DNA of 43,703 nucleotides from Candidatus Avispirillum sp. (GTDB lineage Bacteria; Bacillota; Clostridia; Oscillospirales; CAG-272): NCBI GenBank assembly GCA_045638055.1, contig JAZUAR010000017.1, positions 1 to 43,703 of the forward strand, read 5' to 3'. Shown piece by piece: positions 25,190 to 34,762 of this stretch (position 1 is its first letter; each line of letters starts with the position of its first letter). The notes under the pieces were generated by a model. It saw only the letters and a program-made list of their open reading frames with translations, ran no database searches and was not told where the DNA came from. The position numbers and the translations under genes were made by a program.

Positions 25190-26458
25190 CTATTTGAGTG
25201 CCTGATCTCTGTAGGTAATATTTACCTTGACACCGGTTTCAGCCTCGATCTCTGCTGCAATCTCATTGAGAATGGCGAGATTATCGGCATTGGATTTTGC
25301 TTCAGTGGGGACAACAAGAATAATTTCGGTATTTCTGTGCTTTGTGCTTTCCTGAGCAGTCTGACACTGTGTGCCATCCTCCATTGTGATGTTATCACCG
25401 ATCTTATTCACGTTTTCCTTAAGGGTCGTTGCATAACCCTTTACCGTACCTTTGATCTTATCCTTTTTCAAGGAATAGTTTTCGGGATCCGAATCCTTTG
25501 CGGCAACCTTATTGTAGTCTGAATATGAAGGTGAGAAAACGTTCATGGAATGAACGGATGTAAATGTGTTGGTTTCCTGATCGTAAATATCAACACCAAC
25601 GCCCTCCTCAACGCCCTTATGAGGATTCTCACCCTGAATCACGTCAACATATTCCTTGCCGCGCTCAAAATCGCCCATCTCCCACTTAGAGGAAGCTTCG
25701 TTTGAGTCCGCCAGGGATACGCCCTTTACCCAGGCCGCAGTGCTTGCAGTCTGCTTGATAACCAGCGTATCATCGAAAAGGCCAAAGCCGTTTACCTTGA
25801 TCCTATATACAAGAACAACGTTTATGCTTCGCTGATCGGAAAGGAAGGATGACATACGGAAATCAAGTCCCTCAAGGCCCTCAACAACACCCATCTTCTC
25901 AAGCGCCTCATCTGCATCACCGTTTGAGGTTATGTACTTGGGAACAAGAGCCTTGCACAAGGGCTGAGCTACCAGCTTTGTGATGATCTCGTTTCCAACC
26001 TGCCTTACCATCATTGTTGCAAGGGAGGAAATAACGCCCTTGGGGTCTTCAAAGATGGGACCGAAGCTTTCATACACGTTTCCTGCCGCAGCGGCAACCG
26101 CATTAACATCATTGGTGAGCTCGGGAAGATTATCGATCATCTGATCAAGATCTGCAGAGGTTGTGCTGTCGTAGTTACCCGCAACGTCTGTGGTCTTGTT
26201 TGTAAAATCCAGAATCGCCTGAACCGCGCCGTCTATCTCATCAACACCCTCGGTTGATGTGTTGGCAACGCCGACTCTTTCTGCAATATAATAGTACTGC
26301 GAGATTTCCTTTGCGACCTGATCTATTGCATATTGTGTTGTGCTTTCGACCTTAGCAATCGTTGCAAGAGAGACTATGGCCATAAAAGCAAACATGAAGA
26401 TGGACAGCGACAGTATCGCCTCAATTGTAAATGAACCTCTTTCGCCTTTACCTCTCAT
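25190..26458 (-). CDS. Large TadE-like pseudopilin-type protein (422 aa)
   Basis: The N-terminus GERG-SFTIEAILSLSIFMFAFMAIVSL is the TadE-type class-III leader: Gly, then Glu at +5, then a hydrophobic helix. A large extracytoplasmic domain follows. Confidence 0.75.
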   Translation of the reverse strand: MRGKGERGSFTIEAILSLSIFMFAFMAIVSLATIAKVESTTQYAIDQVAKEISQYYYIAERVGVANTSTEGVDEIDGAVQAILDFTNKTTDVAGNYDSTTSADLDQMIDNLPELTNDVNAVAAAAGNVYESFGPIFEDPKGVISSLATMMVRQVGNEIITKLVAQPLCKALVPKYITSNGDADEALEKMGVVEGLEGLDFRMSSFLSDQRSINVVLVYRIKVNGFGLFDDTLVIKQTASTAAWVKGVSLADSNEASSKWEMGDFERGKEYVDVIQGENPHKGVEEGVGVDIYDQETNTFTSVHSMNVFSPSYSDYNKVAAKDSDPENYSLKKDKIKGTVKGYATTLKENVNKIGDNITMEDGTQCQTAQESTKHRNTEIILVVPTEAKSNADNLAILNEIAAEIEAETGVKVNITYRDQALK

Positions 26459-26485
26459 AGTCTCACTCCTGCTTAAATAACTTTT

Positions 26486-27145
26486 TTAATACTGCTTCTT
26501 AATGTTTTTTGCTACTTCCTCAACGATGGAAGCTACGTCATAACCATCAACCATGGGGATACCTACAAGATAAACGGGATGATTGCCGTTATCTCCTGCG
26601 AGAAGATAGATCGCATAGTACTCATATGTTGTGCCGTCGAGGTCATTAACAAATGTTCCCTCAACAAGCAGCATATCGATTCCGTTGTAGGTCTTCTTTG
26701 TAGTCTTTGTAATATTCTGAGTTGTGTTGCCGTTATCAAACTTACTGCGCATCTTACTCTCAAGAGTATGTGTGATATATTCCTCGCATACCTCGGGTGC
26801 ATCAGCAATATCATCAACCTCATGAATTATACCCGCAATTGAAGGAGCCTCAACAACAATAATGTAATTGGAATCGCCAACAAGATTACCGTAATCTGAG
26901 GGGTTCTTCATTGCATCTGTGGGATAATAGATATTATAGCTCATGAACTCAAGAACGTTTGCCATATCTGCATTTACAGAAGACTCATCTGTATCCTTGG
27001 TTTCGTCGTTGTTATTTGATGAACCGGACTGAGAGCCCTGCTGATTTGTAGCTGTTGTATCGGATGCGTTATTATCGCTTCCGCAGGCAACAAGGGCAAA
27101 AACCATCATTATTATTAATAATACTGAAATAATTCTCTTTGTCAT
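26486..27145 (-). CDS. Lipoprotein of unknown function within the Tad locus
   Basis: MTKRIISVLLIIMMVFALVAC-GSDNN (lipobox LVAC), with a Ser/Asn/Asp-rich linker. ATG at 27145 follows AGGAGG. Confidence 0.8.
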   Translation of the reverse strand: MTKRIISVLLIIMMVFALVACGSDNNASDTTATNQQGSQSGSSNNNDETKDTDESSVNADMANVLEFMSYNIYYPTDAMKNPSDYGNLVGDSNYIIVVEAPSIAGIIHEVDDIADAPEVCEEYITHTLESKMRSKFDNGNTTQNITKTTKKTYNGIDMLLVEGTFVNDLDGTTYEYYAIYLLAGDNGNHPVYLVGIPMVDGYDVASIVEEVAKNIKKQY

Positions 27146-27158
27146 TTTAATTTCCTCC

Positions 27159-30100
27159 TTAATAGCCAAGAATACCAATGTATTTGATTATCTGGCGGTC
27201 TGAACCGATTTTGCTGAAATCCAGATCATAGATAGGATTTCCGTTTGCATCCATGCCTGATGATATGGGCACACTGAAGAATGTTGTTTTGATAGAAACA
27301 GTTGCGTTCACCTCAATCATTGTATATGCCTTACTGATATCAAATGAAGCATTTTTCTGTGAAACATTAGCCTGGATCAGCTCTGCACATCTCTGAAGCA
27401 TGGGGGTTTTATTTGCAATAATGAACAGCAGCATAAACGCCTTTACATATTCCTTATACGTAAGGGAAAAGCCTGATGCAATAGCTGCGCTGCCGCCACC
27501 GCCGCCACCAAGGTCACCGAGATAGTTATCAATTGCAGAATTAACCCTCTCCTTGACCATATCTCCGCCTTCTCTGATGATTCCCGATACCTCTGTTTTA
27601 AGTGTTTCACCAACGGAGGATACCGCACCGTTAATAGCATTACGGATGGGAGCAACAATGTAATTAAGCATAGATTCAACCCTGCTGGAGATGGCTGTAA
27701 CCAAGCCTTCCTTTGCGTCGGAATAGATTGAGAAAATTGCGGAGACAAGATAATCGCGTGCTGTCATTCCAGTAGCACTGCCCGCATTGTCAAGGCGAAT
27801 TGTTTTGATTGCATCAATCGCCAGCCTTGTAGCTCTATCGGCCACACTGTCTCCGGAGGCGGAGGCTTCCATGCTGTTCAGAAGATTATCAACCTTTTCT
27901 CTCACGTCTGCCTCTGTCAGGTTGTAGTTGCTTTCACCAACGATCTGAGTAGCGAGAGTTTCAAAGGACGTCATTACTCTGCTCTGGATATTCTCCACCA
28001 GACCTCGGGTTGTATCTTCAACATATTCAGTAACTGTTGTTTCAATATCGCTGATTGCATCTACTGCAGTGTTCTCGATCTTTGTGAAAACGTCATCAAC
28101 AACTGCATTGGCAGCATCCTTACCGAGCTGAATTGCTCCGTTGATACCAAGAACCCAGGTTTCGCTTGACTTATACAAAGCAACGGGCTCACCACTGCAC
28201 AGATTATTAAGATCCACAAAGGATTCAGCCATTGACCATGCAAGCAAAATAACTGTCTGCACGATAGGTACACCGAATCCTGTCCATCCTGCAATAGCGG
28301 TCGCCGCTGTCAACGCAGGAGTACGGGTATCGCTGCTTGTAAGTGCATAAATGGAATTCAGAGCAAAGCGAACACCAAAAATGGTGGCCTTCATACAATT
28401 CAGGTTTGCCTCAACAGTGTCCTTACCGTACAGGATATATTCCATCTCACTGCCGAAGAACTTATTGCCTGTCATATCATCACGGCCGAGGGTCTTTGTA
28501 TCTGTTTCCTTACCCTTACCTGTTGTGTAGCAACTGAACATTTCTGTGAAATATTCTTCCAGATAAACGTAATCTCTTGCCGTTTCCGCAATATTTGCAA
28601 ATCCTTCAAGCAGATTGGACATTTTTGTAAGGTTTGCCTTGCTGTCTTCTGCCATTTTGTCGTCATCGGATTCGGAATCAACGCTTGTTGGATCAAATGA
28701 ATCCGCGCCTGCATCATTTCCCTGAGCCAGAGACTCGATTGCCGCACTGATATCAGAGGTAAGTCCGGACTCTGTAATATAACTGCCTGTTGTAATTCCT
28801 GTAACGTCCGCATCCTTGCTGGCGTTGCCCTGATTTATCAGTTCAGTTCTGTTTCCCTTTGCATCCTCTTTCTGTTCTTCTGTTGCAACCTCAGCTGCAG
28901 GACCGCAAATATTCTTAAGATACTTATAGAACTGCTGATCCTCAGTGATCTTCGTAAACGTTGCGGGAGAAATACTGCTGACGTCAGCACTGACGTAATT
29001 GCTCATCAGATTTGCCGCAGTTGATGTCATAGCGGATGCGCTGGTGATATCATTCTCCGGTATTTTCGAAGAAAAACGTGCGTAGTAGTCTGTTGAAGAA
29101 TAGTCGGAGATGCATATCTTCTTATCGTAGAAGGTAATACCGTCAAGCTTCGACTTTATAGAAGAAAAGTGGGATTTATTGTCCTCAAGAACTGTCTTAA
29201 GAGCCACGATGGCATCTTTGTTCATATTCTTTGCGGAGTTTGTGTAATCGCTTTCCATCGAAGACTTGATCTCGCTGTCTGACAGGTTATTTACCTTATT
29301 ATTCCAAACCTCTCTTGAGGAGTCCAGCTCATCGGACTTCTCAATAACAGTATCCAGAGCCTCGATTGCATCTGTCAGCTTAGTTTCGATATCACCGAGC
29401 TTTGAGTACCAGTTATACAATTTTTCAGATGCAGCGCGACCCTTTTCATTGGCACTTGATTCCCAGGAGTTTCTGTAGCTGCTGCAGAAGTCGGAGCTTG
29501 CCAGCAGAATCTGAGCGATCATACAGTATGCTTCGTTTTTTTCTGTAAAAGCTGTACGCTGCTCTTCTGTGAGCTGCTCATAATAATATGTATACATCAA
29601 TGTATACGTAAAAACTGTCTTTTTTCCGGGAACATCGTTGTGAAGAAGAATTGCATTGATCTGGCTTGGAAGATCATTTCTGTAATAAGAATCAAGCCGA
29701 ACCAATGCTTTTGCGAAATCTGTTTCAGCATAATCATAGGTTCCGTCAGACAAAGGAACAAGAGTTACTGTTCCTGTGAGGGAGCTTTCAATATAATTGA
29801 GTGTATCAATTATCTTATTGTCTGCCTCGGAATCGTCATAATGATCGGTAACAGATCTCCTTGTATTTGAATCAAGCTTGAAAAGATCAAGGGGCTGATT
29901 GGTGATCAAAAAGCTTGAAAGCTCTTTGTAGCCGTAGGATGTTTTATACAGGCACTCTGCTGACAGGGAATCGCTTCTGAGAGCAACTATATACTCGGTC
30001 ATTTTCTGGATATCTTCTTTCGCGCTTGCGATATCCTCGGCCATTTTTGTCATATAGTTTTCTTCTTCAAATTTTGTGCCGCTCACCGTATCATTGAAGG

Positions 30101-30731
30101 AGTTTATTGCGGCATATGCTGTTTCGCATGCCTCCTGCACCGTATCCAGCTTCTTCTCATAATCAACCTTCGCCTCAAGGGCCTTTGTCTGCTTGGAGGT
30201 TTCTCCGATGCAACCGAGTTTTGTGAGAAGACCTGTTCCTATGCTGACAGGGCCGCGATACTTCATGTATTCAACGATCTGTCGCTCAAGCACTGTGGGG
30301 TTTGCGAGTGCTGAATTGGGAACCTCAACGAGGTCGAAGCTTTCCACCTTTGTATCGATAATATTATCAAAGCTTACATCATCAGTTGAGAACCAGCTTC
30401 CGATACTGTTGATAAAACTACGGGTGTATGAGTCGCTATCCTGCATAATTCCTTCATTATTAATAGTATTGGAAAAATAGCGGGAAACGTTCTTCTCAAG
30501 ATCCTCCGTTGTTTCGGACATAGCGAAAAGTCCGTACACATCAAAAAGCACCTTTTCATATTCCGAAAGAGCTGAATTCATGGCAAGGTCTCCGGCTCCT
30601 GTAACCGCAGTTCTTGCCGCAGATATACGCGCACCGTCTACTATCAGACCTGCACATGTAAACATAGGCAGCATGACCAGCGCAAGAAAGATTGATATTG
30701 CGCCCTTAGTTTTTTGGAAAAATTTATTCAT
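27159..30731 (-). CDS. TadG-like giant pilus-assembly protein (1190 aa)
   Basis: The N-terminus KGAISIFLALVMLPMFTCAGLIVDGARISAARTAVTGAGDLAMNSAL matches the TadG-like N-terminal (Tad) domain pattern. There is a long helical middle, an internal hydrophobic hairpin (TPALTAATAIAGWTGFGVPIVQTVILLAWSM) and a GGGGGGS linker before the last domain. Confidence 0.75.
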   Translation of the reverse strand: MNKFFQKTKGAISIFLALVMLPMFTCAGLIVDGARISAARTAVTGAGDLAMNSALSEYEKVLFDVYGLFAMSETTEDLEKNVSRYFSNTINNEGIMQDSDSYTRSFINSIGSWFSTDDVSFDNIIDTKVESFDLVEVPNSALANPTVLERQIVEYMKYRGPVSIGTGLLTKLGCIGETSKQTKALEAKVDYEKKLDTVQEACETAYAAINSFNDTVSGTKFEEENYMTKMAEDIASAKEDIQKMTEYIVALRSDSLSAECLYKTSYGYKELSSFLITNQPLDLFKLDSNTRRSVTDHYDDSEADNKIIDTLNYIESSLTGTVTLVPLSDGTYDYAETDFAKALVRLDSYYRNDLPSQINAILLHNDVPGKKTVFTYTLMYTYYYEQLTEEQRTAFTEKNEAYCMIAQILLASSDFCSSYRNSWESSANEKGRAASEKLYNWYSKLGDIETKLTDAIEALDTVIEKSDELDSSREVWNNKVNNLSDSEIKSSMESDYTNSAKNMNKDAIVALKTVLEDNKSHFSSIKSKLDGITFYDKKICISDYSSTDYYARFSSKIPENDITSASAMTSTAANLMSNYVSADVSSISPATFTKITEDQQFYKYLKNICGPAAEVATEEQKEDAKGNRTELINQGNASKDADVTGITTGSYITESGLTSDISAAIESLAQGNDAGADSFDPTSVDSESDDDKMAEDSKANLTKMSNLLEGFANIAETARDYVYLEEYFTEMFSCYTTGKGKETDTKTLGRDDMTGNKFFGSEMEYILYGKDTVEANLNCMKATIFGVRFALNSIYALTSSDTRTPALTAATAIAGWTGFGVPIVQTVILLAWSMAESFVDLNNLCSGEPVALYKSSETWVLGINGAIQLGKDAANAVVDDVFTKIENTAVDAISDIETTVTEYVEDTTRGLVENIQSRVMTSFETLATQIVGESNYNLTEADVREKVDNLLNSMEASASGDSVADRATRLAIDAIKTIRLDNAGSATGMTARDYLVSAIFSIYSDAKEGLVTAISSRVESMLNYIVAPIRNAINGAVSSVGETLKTEVSGIIREGGDMVKERVNSAIDNYLGDLGGGGGGSAAIASGFSLTYKEYVKAFMLLFIIANKTPMLQRCAELIQANVSQKNASFDISKAYTMIEVNATVSIKTTFFSVPISSGMDANGNPIYDLDFSKIGSDRQIIKYIGILGY

Positions 30732-30735
30732 AATA

Positions 30736-31470
30736 TCACCACGATAATCCTAACTTTGCACCGATATCGGAAAACTTCTGCTTATAAATTGCGATTCTCT
30801 CACCAATCGTCTGATTGCTTGATCCGATCTTCATATCGTTCAGTACGTAATCTGCCAGATCGAATACCATATCGGTATTTCTTATAAACTCGGCAGGGTC
30901 ACCGACTATTGCCGTTGCCGTAACATCAATGCTTATATCATCGGTCATACCGAGAGATCTGAGAAAACCGGGGGGAGAAATATATTTCACGACCCTAACA
31001 TAGACCTTCTGACTCAAAAAGTTGTTTTCGGTAGTAATATCGCAATTCACGTTTGATGAAGCAAGGAAGGAATTGCTTGCAACCAATCTTTCAAGGTTAG
31101 ACTCTAGAGTGGTGGTCTCATCCTGATCCAGAAGATTGAAGCCCCAATATCTGTAAGGCTCATGCTTGGCCATCATATCATTGATAACGTCCAGGGAAGG
31201 CGAAGAGCCGTCAGGCCAGTTGAAATCGGCCTTTGAGGTTACGCCCTGACCCTCATAAAGTCTTTCATATCCGGGAATTCCTATCTCTCTGCTTGCCGCT
31301 ACCGCAACACGCTGTGCATCGTTGTAGATGGTAACTCCCTGCATAACATAGCTTGCTATATAAATAAGGAAGCCCATTACAAGTAAAACAAGCGGAAAAA
31401 TCAAGGTCATTTCTATAACCGAAGAAGCGCCTGTATCATCTTTTTTGAATTTATTAAAAATGGCTTTCAT
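30736..31470 (-). CDS. TadE-like pseudopilin
   Basis: DDTG-ASSVIEMTLIFPLVLLVMGFLIY (TadE-type leader plus hydrophobic helix). RBS is AAAGGAG. Its stop is 4 nt before the TadG-like ATG. Confidence 0.8.
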   Translation of the reverse strand: MKAIFNKFKKDDTGASSVIEMTLIFPLVLLVMGFLIYIASYVMQGVTIYNDAQRVAVAASREIGIPGYERLYEGQGVTSKADFNWPDGSSPSLDVINDMMAKHEPYRYWGFNLLDQDETTTLESNLERLVASNSFLASSNVNCDITTENNFLSQKVYVRVVKYISPPGFLRSLGMTDDISIDVTATAIVGDPAEFIRNTDMVFDLADYVLNDMKIGSSNQTIGERIAIYKQKFSDIGAKLGLSW

Positions 31471-31509
31471 TTTTCCACTCCTTTAATAACTGTCTGACAA
31501 TGGCAGATA

Positions 31510-31536
31510 CCTCACACCGCCTTGGGCGGTGTGAGG
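31510..31536 (-). terminator. 12-bp GC-rich hairpin immediately 3' of the pilin gene (attenuator / mRNA stabiliser; no U-tract)
   Basis: cctcacaccgcc-ttg-ggcggtgtgagg. Confidence 0.5.
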
Positions 31537-31554
31537 ATTCTTCCATTCGTTCTC

Positions 31555-31758
31555 TTAGAGACCAAGAGACTCTCTGATTCTTGTGAAAAGATCATTTACG
31601 ATGTTTGTAAGCTGTTCCTGGAAAATTGCAACAAGTGCAATAACTACGATAATAACCAGGATGATCGCAATGATATTAGCTTCGCCGCTTTCGTCCTTAA
31701 GAAAGCTCTCTGCCTTATTCTTCATACGGAAAAGGCTGTTCATCAACCACTTTTTCAC
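31555..31758 (-). CDS. flp: Flp-family type IVb prepilin (67 aa)
   Basis: A 25-aa basic leader ending FLKDESG, followed by EANIIAIILVIIVVIALVAIF. The KDESG-hydrophobic layout mirrors Flp/PilA prepilins of Tad systems. GTG start follows AAGGAGG. It sits between tadC and tadE-like. Confidence 0.75.
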   Translation of the reverse strand: MKKWLMNSLFRMKNKAESFLKDESGEANIIAIILVIIVVIALVAIFQEQLTNIVNDLFTRIRESLGL

Positions 31759-31822
31759 TGTCGTTTCCTCCTTAACTTTAAATTTTGGAATATATATCCT
31801 TTGGCTCTATGGCCTACGAATA

Positions 31823-32692
31823 TCAGAACATATTGACGAAAATAGGAACAATAACCATGAGCAGGATTCCTGTAAACATGATCATCATTGGGATCATGAG
31901 CTTTGAGCCTGCGGTTTCGCCCTTACGCTTGGCTCTGTGCTTTTTCTCCTCCCAGCTTTCCTCACTCATATATCTGAGGCTCATGGCAAGCTCGCTGCCA
32001 CCCTTCTGAATATTCTGTGTGAGGATGGAAGCAAACTTTCTGATCTCCTTCAAGGAGCAGCGCTGCGCAAAGTTGTAAAAAGCATCGATATCGGAAACAC
32101 CGTTTGTCATTTCCTGGCTTGTTGTCTGCATTTCCTTGTACAGAGCTCTGTCAGATGTGTAGGCAACCTTTGACCACGCCTCACGGATAACCATGCCCGC
32201 ATTAACAAGCAGTGTGAGCTTTGACAAAATCTCGGGAAAATCGGAAAGGATCTCGTCTCTCTTTTTCTCTACCGCATTGCTGATATCCATATCAAGAGAA
32301 ACAATGATAGCGACAGTTGCTACGATTGCAAGCACAGCATAGAGAATATCGTTAGTTATGGCTCCGAGAAAAAGTCCGAGAGGAGCGATCGTCAGAAGAT
32401 ATGTGATCTGTCCGCCAAGAATGCAGTAGTGATAATACTCAGCATACTTTTCTCCGTAGATCTCGGCAATCTTCTTTTCCTTCTTTCTGCCGCTCTCAGT
32501 CTTGAGATTTACCTTGAACATATCCATAACGCCGAAGCCGATAAAGAACAGTTCGGGCATCATGAATTTCTTGGGGTCGATAGAAACAATGATATTATCA
32601 AAGCTGTTTTTATATTTCAGATAAAGGATCGCCCAGAAAGCAACCATCAATGTTCCTGTTGCGCATAAAACATAAGATAACATGTAGTTCAT
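31823..32692 (-). CDS. tadC: TadC-like inner-membrane platform protein (T2SS-F family)
   Basis: 289 aa with 3-4 TM helices and a cytoplasmic helical domain (EILSKLTLLVNAGMVIREAW...SLKEIRKFASILTQNIQKGGSELAMSL) typical of GspF/TadC. Confidence 0.8.
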   Translation of the reverse strand: MNYMLSYVLCATGTLMVAFWAILYLKYKNSFDNIIVSIDPKKFMMPELFFIGFGVMDMFKVNLKTESGRKKEKKIAEIYGEKYAEYYHYCILGGQITYLLTIAPLGLFLGAITNDILYAVLAIVATVAIIVSLDMDISNAVEKKRDEILSDFPEILSKLTLLVNAGMVIREAWSKVAYTSDRALYKEMQTTSQEMTNGVSDIDAFYNFAQRCSLKEIRKFASILTQNIQKGGSELAMSLRYMSEESWEEKKHRAKRKGETAGSKLMIPMMIMFTGILLMVIVPIFVNMF

Positions 32693-32706
32693 TCAGACAT
32701 CCTCCT

Positions 32707-33549
32707 TTACACCTTGATATTAGTGATTTTTCTGCCAACCACGTATGCAACCACAAACATTATGATCGCAATGATCTTAACGATAATGTTGATGGGAGTA
32801 TTTGCCGTAATGGCCTCATTTCCCAGCGAACCCATCATTCCCACAACGAGGAAGGGCATTATACACATTATATTGATATCATTCTGGCTTGAGGAAACCG
32901 TTGTCTGGATCTCCATCTCGATCTCGATCTTATCGCTTATGATATCACGGCTATCTGCAACGATCTTCTTGAGGTTGCCGCCGAGTCTGTTGCATACGGC
33001 AAAGGTCTCAGCAAAGCTGTTAATATCATCGATACCGCATCTCAGGGACATATCGCGAAGCAGATCCTCAATAACATAGCTGTTGTGAAGTCCGTTAACT
33101 ACGATCGCAAGCTCCTTTACCATAGGTGTTTTATCACCGTAAGCAAGCTTCATATCGTTGAGAGCATCAGCAAATGCATCGGGAGTGTTCTTACCTGAGG
33201 AGAAGGAGTTGCTGAGAGAATCCAGAACATCGCGAAACTGCATAAGCAGAGCCTTTTTTCTCTTAGCCTGCAGATAATTTCTGTAAACGGGAACTGCCAT
33301 AATGCCAACGATAGCGCCGAGGATAAGGCTTGCAACAAAAACGCCGAACATAATATGCGACGCTCCAAATCCTGCCGCCATGCCGATCGCAAAGCCCGTG
33401 AGCCTTTCAGTAAAGGTCAAATTATAAACGTTGTAATCCTCTCCCACACCGGTTATACCTGTGAGGGGAATATATTTTTCTTTTTTCTTACTCACCACAT
33501 TCACCTTAAATAATTTCTCTGATTCCTGCAAGGCGCAACTTATGATCAT
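32707..33549 (-). CDS. tadB: TadB-like inner-membrane platform protein (T2SS-F family)
   Basis: FRDVLDSLSNSFSSGKN...INSFAETFAVCNRLGGNLKKIVADS plus C-terminal TM helices. Start is uncertain: ATG at 33549 overlaps tadA by 44 nt, whereas GTG at 33495 follows AAGGTGA just after the tadA stop. Confidence 0.8.
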   Translation of the reverse strand: MIISCALQESEKLFKVNVVSKKKEKYIPLTGITGVGEDYNVYNLTFTERLTGFAIGMAAGFGASHIMFGVFVASLILGAIVGIMAVPVYRNYLQAKRKKALLMQFRDVLDSLSNSFSSGKNTPDAFADALNDMKLAYGDKTPMVKELAIVVNGLHNSYVIEDLLRDMSLRCGIDDINSFAETFAVCNRLGGNLKKIVADSRDIISDKIEIEMEIQTTVSSSQNDINIMCIMPFLVVGMMGSLGNEAITANTPINIIVKIIAIIMFVVAYVVGRKITNIKV

Positions 33550-34744
33550 TCTTCATAGGATTCTCAGTGCGCCTGAGTATTCCGGAAACACTTTCCATCG
33601 TGCTATTTTCATCTTCCTCGAAAACGTACAGAGGATTGAGAACGATCTCGCCGTTTTCGTATTCCAGAACCTCTGTGATCTCCATCGTTCTTCTTGACTT
33701 ATCACGGAGACGGGAAAGATGAATGATAATATCTACTGCTGATGCTATCTGCTGCTTGATAGCCTCAAGGGGAAGACCTGCCGCTCCCTGCAACACCATG
33801 GTTTCAAGACGGCTGAGCATATCCTTTGTTGAGTTTGCGTGGCCTGTTGAAAGGGAACCGTCATGACCTGTGTTCATCGCCTGGAGCATATCCAGCGCCT
33901 CACCGCCTCGAACCTCACCTACGATGATTCGCTCAGGTCTCATACGGAGAGAGGACTTGATCAGATCTCTGATCGTGATCTGACCTGCGCCTGAAGAGTT
34001 TGCATTTCTTGTTTCAAGGCTTACAAGGTTTTCAATGCTTGTTATCTGAAGCTCTGCGGAGTCCTCAATGGTGATAACACGCTCATCCTTGGGGATGTAG
34101 TTTGAAAGGGCATTGAGAAACGTTGTTTTACCGGAGCCTGTACCGCCACATACAAAGATATTGTACTTTGCCTTAACAAGCAGCTCAAGCTTATCGGCAA
34201 TCTCGCGGGTAATGGAGCCGTATTCGATCAGCTTCTCAATAGTCATGGGAGTTTTTGAGAACTTTCTGATCGTCATTGTGGGTCCGCACAGTGCAATGGG
34301 AGGCAATACTACGTTAACACGGGAGCCGTTGGGCAATCTTGTGTCTACGATAGGGTTCGCCTGGTTAACCTCACGGCCTGCCATACCAACGATTCGCTGG
34401 ATTATATCCTCAAGCTTTCTCTGACTCTCAAAGGTTTTATCCAGCTTACGAAGACGGCCCTTCTGCTCAATAAAAATATTGTCGGGACCGTTGATCATGA
34501 TCTCGGTGATGCTGTCGTCCGTCATAATAGTATCAAGCAGACCAAGTCCTCGGATGGAGCTGTATACCTGCTGAACAATGGATACTCTTTTTTCAATGGG
34601 ACAGTAAATACCTCTGAGATGCTGTTCGGTTATATCCTCGATTTTTTCTTCAAGCTCCTCATTGGAGAGCTGACTTAAGGGAAGGTTGTCAGTTACGTAC
34701 TTTCTTATGTCCGTAACCAATTGCATTTCCAAAGCTTCATCCAT
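33506..34744 (-). CDS. tadA: TadA/CpaF secretion ATPase
   Basis: Walker A is [40 protein letters not shown] (Walker B / Asp box) and [12 protein letters not shown] (His box) are also present. ATG at 34744 is 8 nt after AGGAGG. Confidence 0.92.
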   Translation of the reverse strand: MDEALEMQLVTDIRKYVTDNLPLSQLSNEELEEKIEDITEQHLRGIYCPIEKRVSIVQQVYSSIRGLGLLDTIMTDDSITEIMINGPDNIFIEQKGRLRKLDKTFESQRKLEDIIQRIVGMAGREVNQANPIVDTRLPNGSRVNVVLPPIALCGPTMTIRKFSKTPMTIEKLIEYGSITREIADKLELLVKAKYNIFVCGGTGSGKTTFLNALSNYIPKDERVITIEDSAELQITSIENLVSLETRNANSSGAGQITIRDLIKSSLRMRPERIIVGEVRGGEALDMLQAMNTGHDGSLSTGHANSTKDMLSRLETMVLQGAAGLPLEAIKQQIASAVDIIIHLSRLRDKSRRTMEITEVLEYENGEIVLNPLYVFEEDENSTMESVSGILRRTENPMKNDHKLRLAGIREII

Positions 34745-34762
34745 TATGAGCACCTCCTGTCA

